The position numbers were made by a program, and so were the translations under genes. The notes beneath the pieces were generated by a model that did not search any database, had not been told where the DNA came from, and worked only from the letters and a program-made list of their open reading frames with translations. A stretch of DNA of 63,023 nucleotides, filler included, from Hyphochytrium catenoides (Eukaryota > Protista > Hyphochytriomycota), in assembly GCA_900088475.1 (NCBI GenBank). It is 4 parts of 4 records of this genome, joined end to end, with 100 filler letters (N's around TTAATTAATTAA, not from the genome) between each part and the next. Parts side by side here need not be neighbours in the genome. Positions count along the whole stretch, not along the records: positions 52,486 to 63,023 come from FLMG01004059.1; 3 more parts are not named here. One strand, given 5' to 3'. The stretch's first letter is position 1, and every line of letters starts with the position of its first letter. Shown here piece after piece: positions 60,700 to 63,023 of the stretch.

Positions 60700-62350
60700 G
60701 GGCTAATAGCAAGCACAAAGCTTGCCGAACCTTCTGAACCGTACTGGAGCGAAGTCCTTGGCATGACCAATTATAAAGAGTACGTAATCATTCAAGGAGA
60801 CCATTATAAATTATATCCACACTGAGGGCGTAGCGTCACCGTCTGATGACGTTGGTCCACATACCGGGGCGAGAGTACTAGGTTCTTCTACAGTGAAACC
60901 ATCGCATGCTGATTTCCATCTTTGCACTCCTCATCCATCCATGTAGATTGGAAAGGCGAGGCATTGCCATTGAAGGATCCCTAGACTTCTCTCCAGATGG
61001 GCAAAAGTGTCAGCCACAATCTGGATTTGTCAGCATGTGTAGCGATTGCAAGTTTTGCCGGTGGATAATTTGTTGCTCTATGTGCCAGGGACCCAATAAT
61101 AGGGAATTCTTGACATTGGTTGACTGCCGACTCCCCCACATTATTAACAGAGAGTCACCTTTCGCACAATCAATCATGCTAGCCATGCTGTGGTCATGAA
61201 CAGATACGCCGGCCAAGGCTTATCGAGTAGTTGCAGCACTTGGCTGGGCAAGTTCACCTGGCTAGCAGGACAACAGAGGCTCCTGCGACTACAAGCAATC
61301 TTTGGGAGAAAATGAGGTTCACAGCTTCTCGGCACCATCAGCCATGGCGCCATTGGGTAAGGTGAGCTCTTCACATCATACGTCCTCCTAAGGTTGCTGC
61401 TGCATACATGAGCTTGACGCATCTTCTGATCGTGCTAGTGCGGCGGAAACTCCCCCACTAAGAAGCAGCTCTGAACGACACAATAGATGAATATTAAAAA
61501 GTATTTGCTTGTCTTCACTTTCTTTGAAAGTCCAGATAGTATCGGAACATAGATGATTGTAACTCGTTTGGCTTGGTAGAGCTCAATAGATGGCCTGCGA
61601 AAGAAAGAAAGAAGGAGGAAAGAAAGAAGAAGGAGGCATTCAGAGGCTATCCAACAAATCTGACTTCAAAAGCACTTTCCCATTGTCTTTTTCCCATCAG
61701 CTCGTTCTTTAAAAAGACAAGGGAAGTCTAGTTGTCCATGAACTCAGAGGATCCATCCGGAGCTTTGAGGCAAAGAAGCTCCCTTGCGATGCTCTCTGCA
61801 TGATCTAAACGAGCTCGGAGTGGTTCCTCAACACCTGCCTGTAATAACTAGGCCACAGGGACTGATGAAACGCCATTGGTAAATTCTCCCCTTAAGGATA
61901 AGAGATTGCTTGGGATGGAAGACGATTCCAACGGCCACCAAACGCTGGGATTAACCTAGGTAGACGGGCAGTCCTGATAGATGTCGGTGCACAAAGTGAA
62001 CTCTCGGACTTCCTGCCATTCGACTCGCTGATGAGGAGAGTCGAAGGGATACACCCGACTAGTTGTTCGCTGGAAGAAACAGTGGTGCTTTTCCTCTTAA
62101 TGACTTAATAAGTGCCACAAGCTACACGCAGCTTGGTTGCACTTCGTATCGTACACGTACCCTTAAGAAAATCTCTACATATTATATATAGAACTTTCAC
62201 TTCGTGAGTCGAGGGCACTAGCACTAACGTAGCAGCAAGAAAGCTTTCTGCCACCTCTGCTAGCAGCCTTCTTATAATAGCTTTATGACGACGTTGGGCC
62301 ACCAGCATTACTTCGAATCTTCTTGTGGGCTTCGCGCAGCTGGTAATGAC
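60700..62350 (-). mobile_element. possible degenerate Mutator-like (MULE) transposase relic
   Basis: Stop-interrupted frame with MULE-like motif order: LCSDTIWTFK...VSAALARSEDASS, SVHDHSMA, LLLGPWHIEQQI, GMWTN. Weak match, recognised by eye. Confidence 0.3.
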
Positions 62351-63023
62351 AAGCATGAGGAGAAGGCCACCTTCTGGTTGATAGTAGCTGCTACTTAGCT
62401 GACTTGACCTACCAGAAAGAAAGTAACGTAGATTGCCTTCTTTCTCTTATGAGACTGGCAGCGCCAAGGAGGCAGCTTATGTTGGCGTAGCATCGTTTGC
62501 TTCGAGTGCTTCGACGGGCGGGCAATACCGTTTGTTTTGCGGGAAGAAAAGAAAGGAACCCAATAAATAGTAGACGACGCTCAAAAGTGCTGTCCTCGCT
62601 CATCATCAACTACCATCATCTTCTTGTACATCTTTAGTAGCTTCTCCTCCCCAAATAATAAACAACCAGCTACGGCAGCATGAGGTAGAGTCCACAAATG
62701 CCTAGATATCAAATTCCTAGGAGGAAAGAAGGGTGAGCGCGGGGAAGAGAGAAGGAGGAGCTTGAGAGGGCAGCAGCCGCAGTTACTAGTAGAAAGGTCA
62801 ATAAGAGGAGGAACAACGACATCCACTCTCTAAGAACCACCAGCGCTACTGCCTTATTGACGACTTTAGAAGAGAACAGTATAGAATCCACTGAGGGAAA
62901 ATGAAAAACAGTAACTAACTAGCTATCTGGAACTATGGACTACTTACTGCCAGCGCTACTGTTTTATCCTCAGGATGCGGCAGCTGCCGCTGCGATTGCC
63001 TTTCCGGATCGACCGGAGGTGAT

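Noticed and set aside
1-63023. CRISPR arrays, rRNA or tRNA genes
   Set aside because: No regularly spaced repeats and no recognisable structural RNA motifs seen by eye; a covariance-model scan was not possible.

Overview
Eukaryotic genomic DNA, most likely from a flagellated stramenopile-type protist (inferred from gene content and motifs, not proven). It has spliceosomal introns, abundant (CT)n/(GA)n microsatellites and three artificial 100-nt scaffold joins. The first ~32.5 kb is gene-dense and intron-rich. It encodes a MYND-finger protein, a FYVE-GRAM-VASt-TM lipid-transfer protein, a large hypothetical protein, a RING + tandem-BRCT BRCA1-like protein, an Erf4/Golgin-A7 family protein, a triple coactosin-like ADF-H protein, LRRC6/DNAAF11, and a single spliced gene that appears to fuse a Cet1-type (TTM) RNA triphosphatase to an mRNA guanylyltransferase. 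The remaining ~30 kb is gene-poor. It holds decayed DNA-transposon relics, two long inverted repeats, and three membrane-protein genes: an intronless class C GPCR without a Venus flytrap domain, a 7TM-RGS protein, and an intronless internally duplicated multipass protein. All exon structures were assembled by eye from splice motifs and protein motifs; no database search was run.
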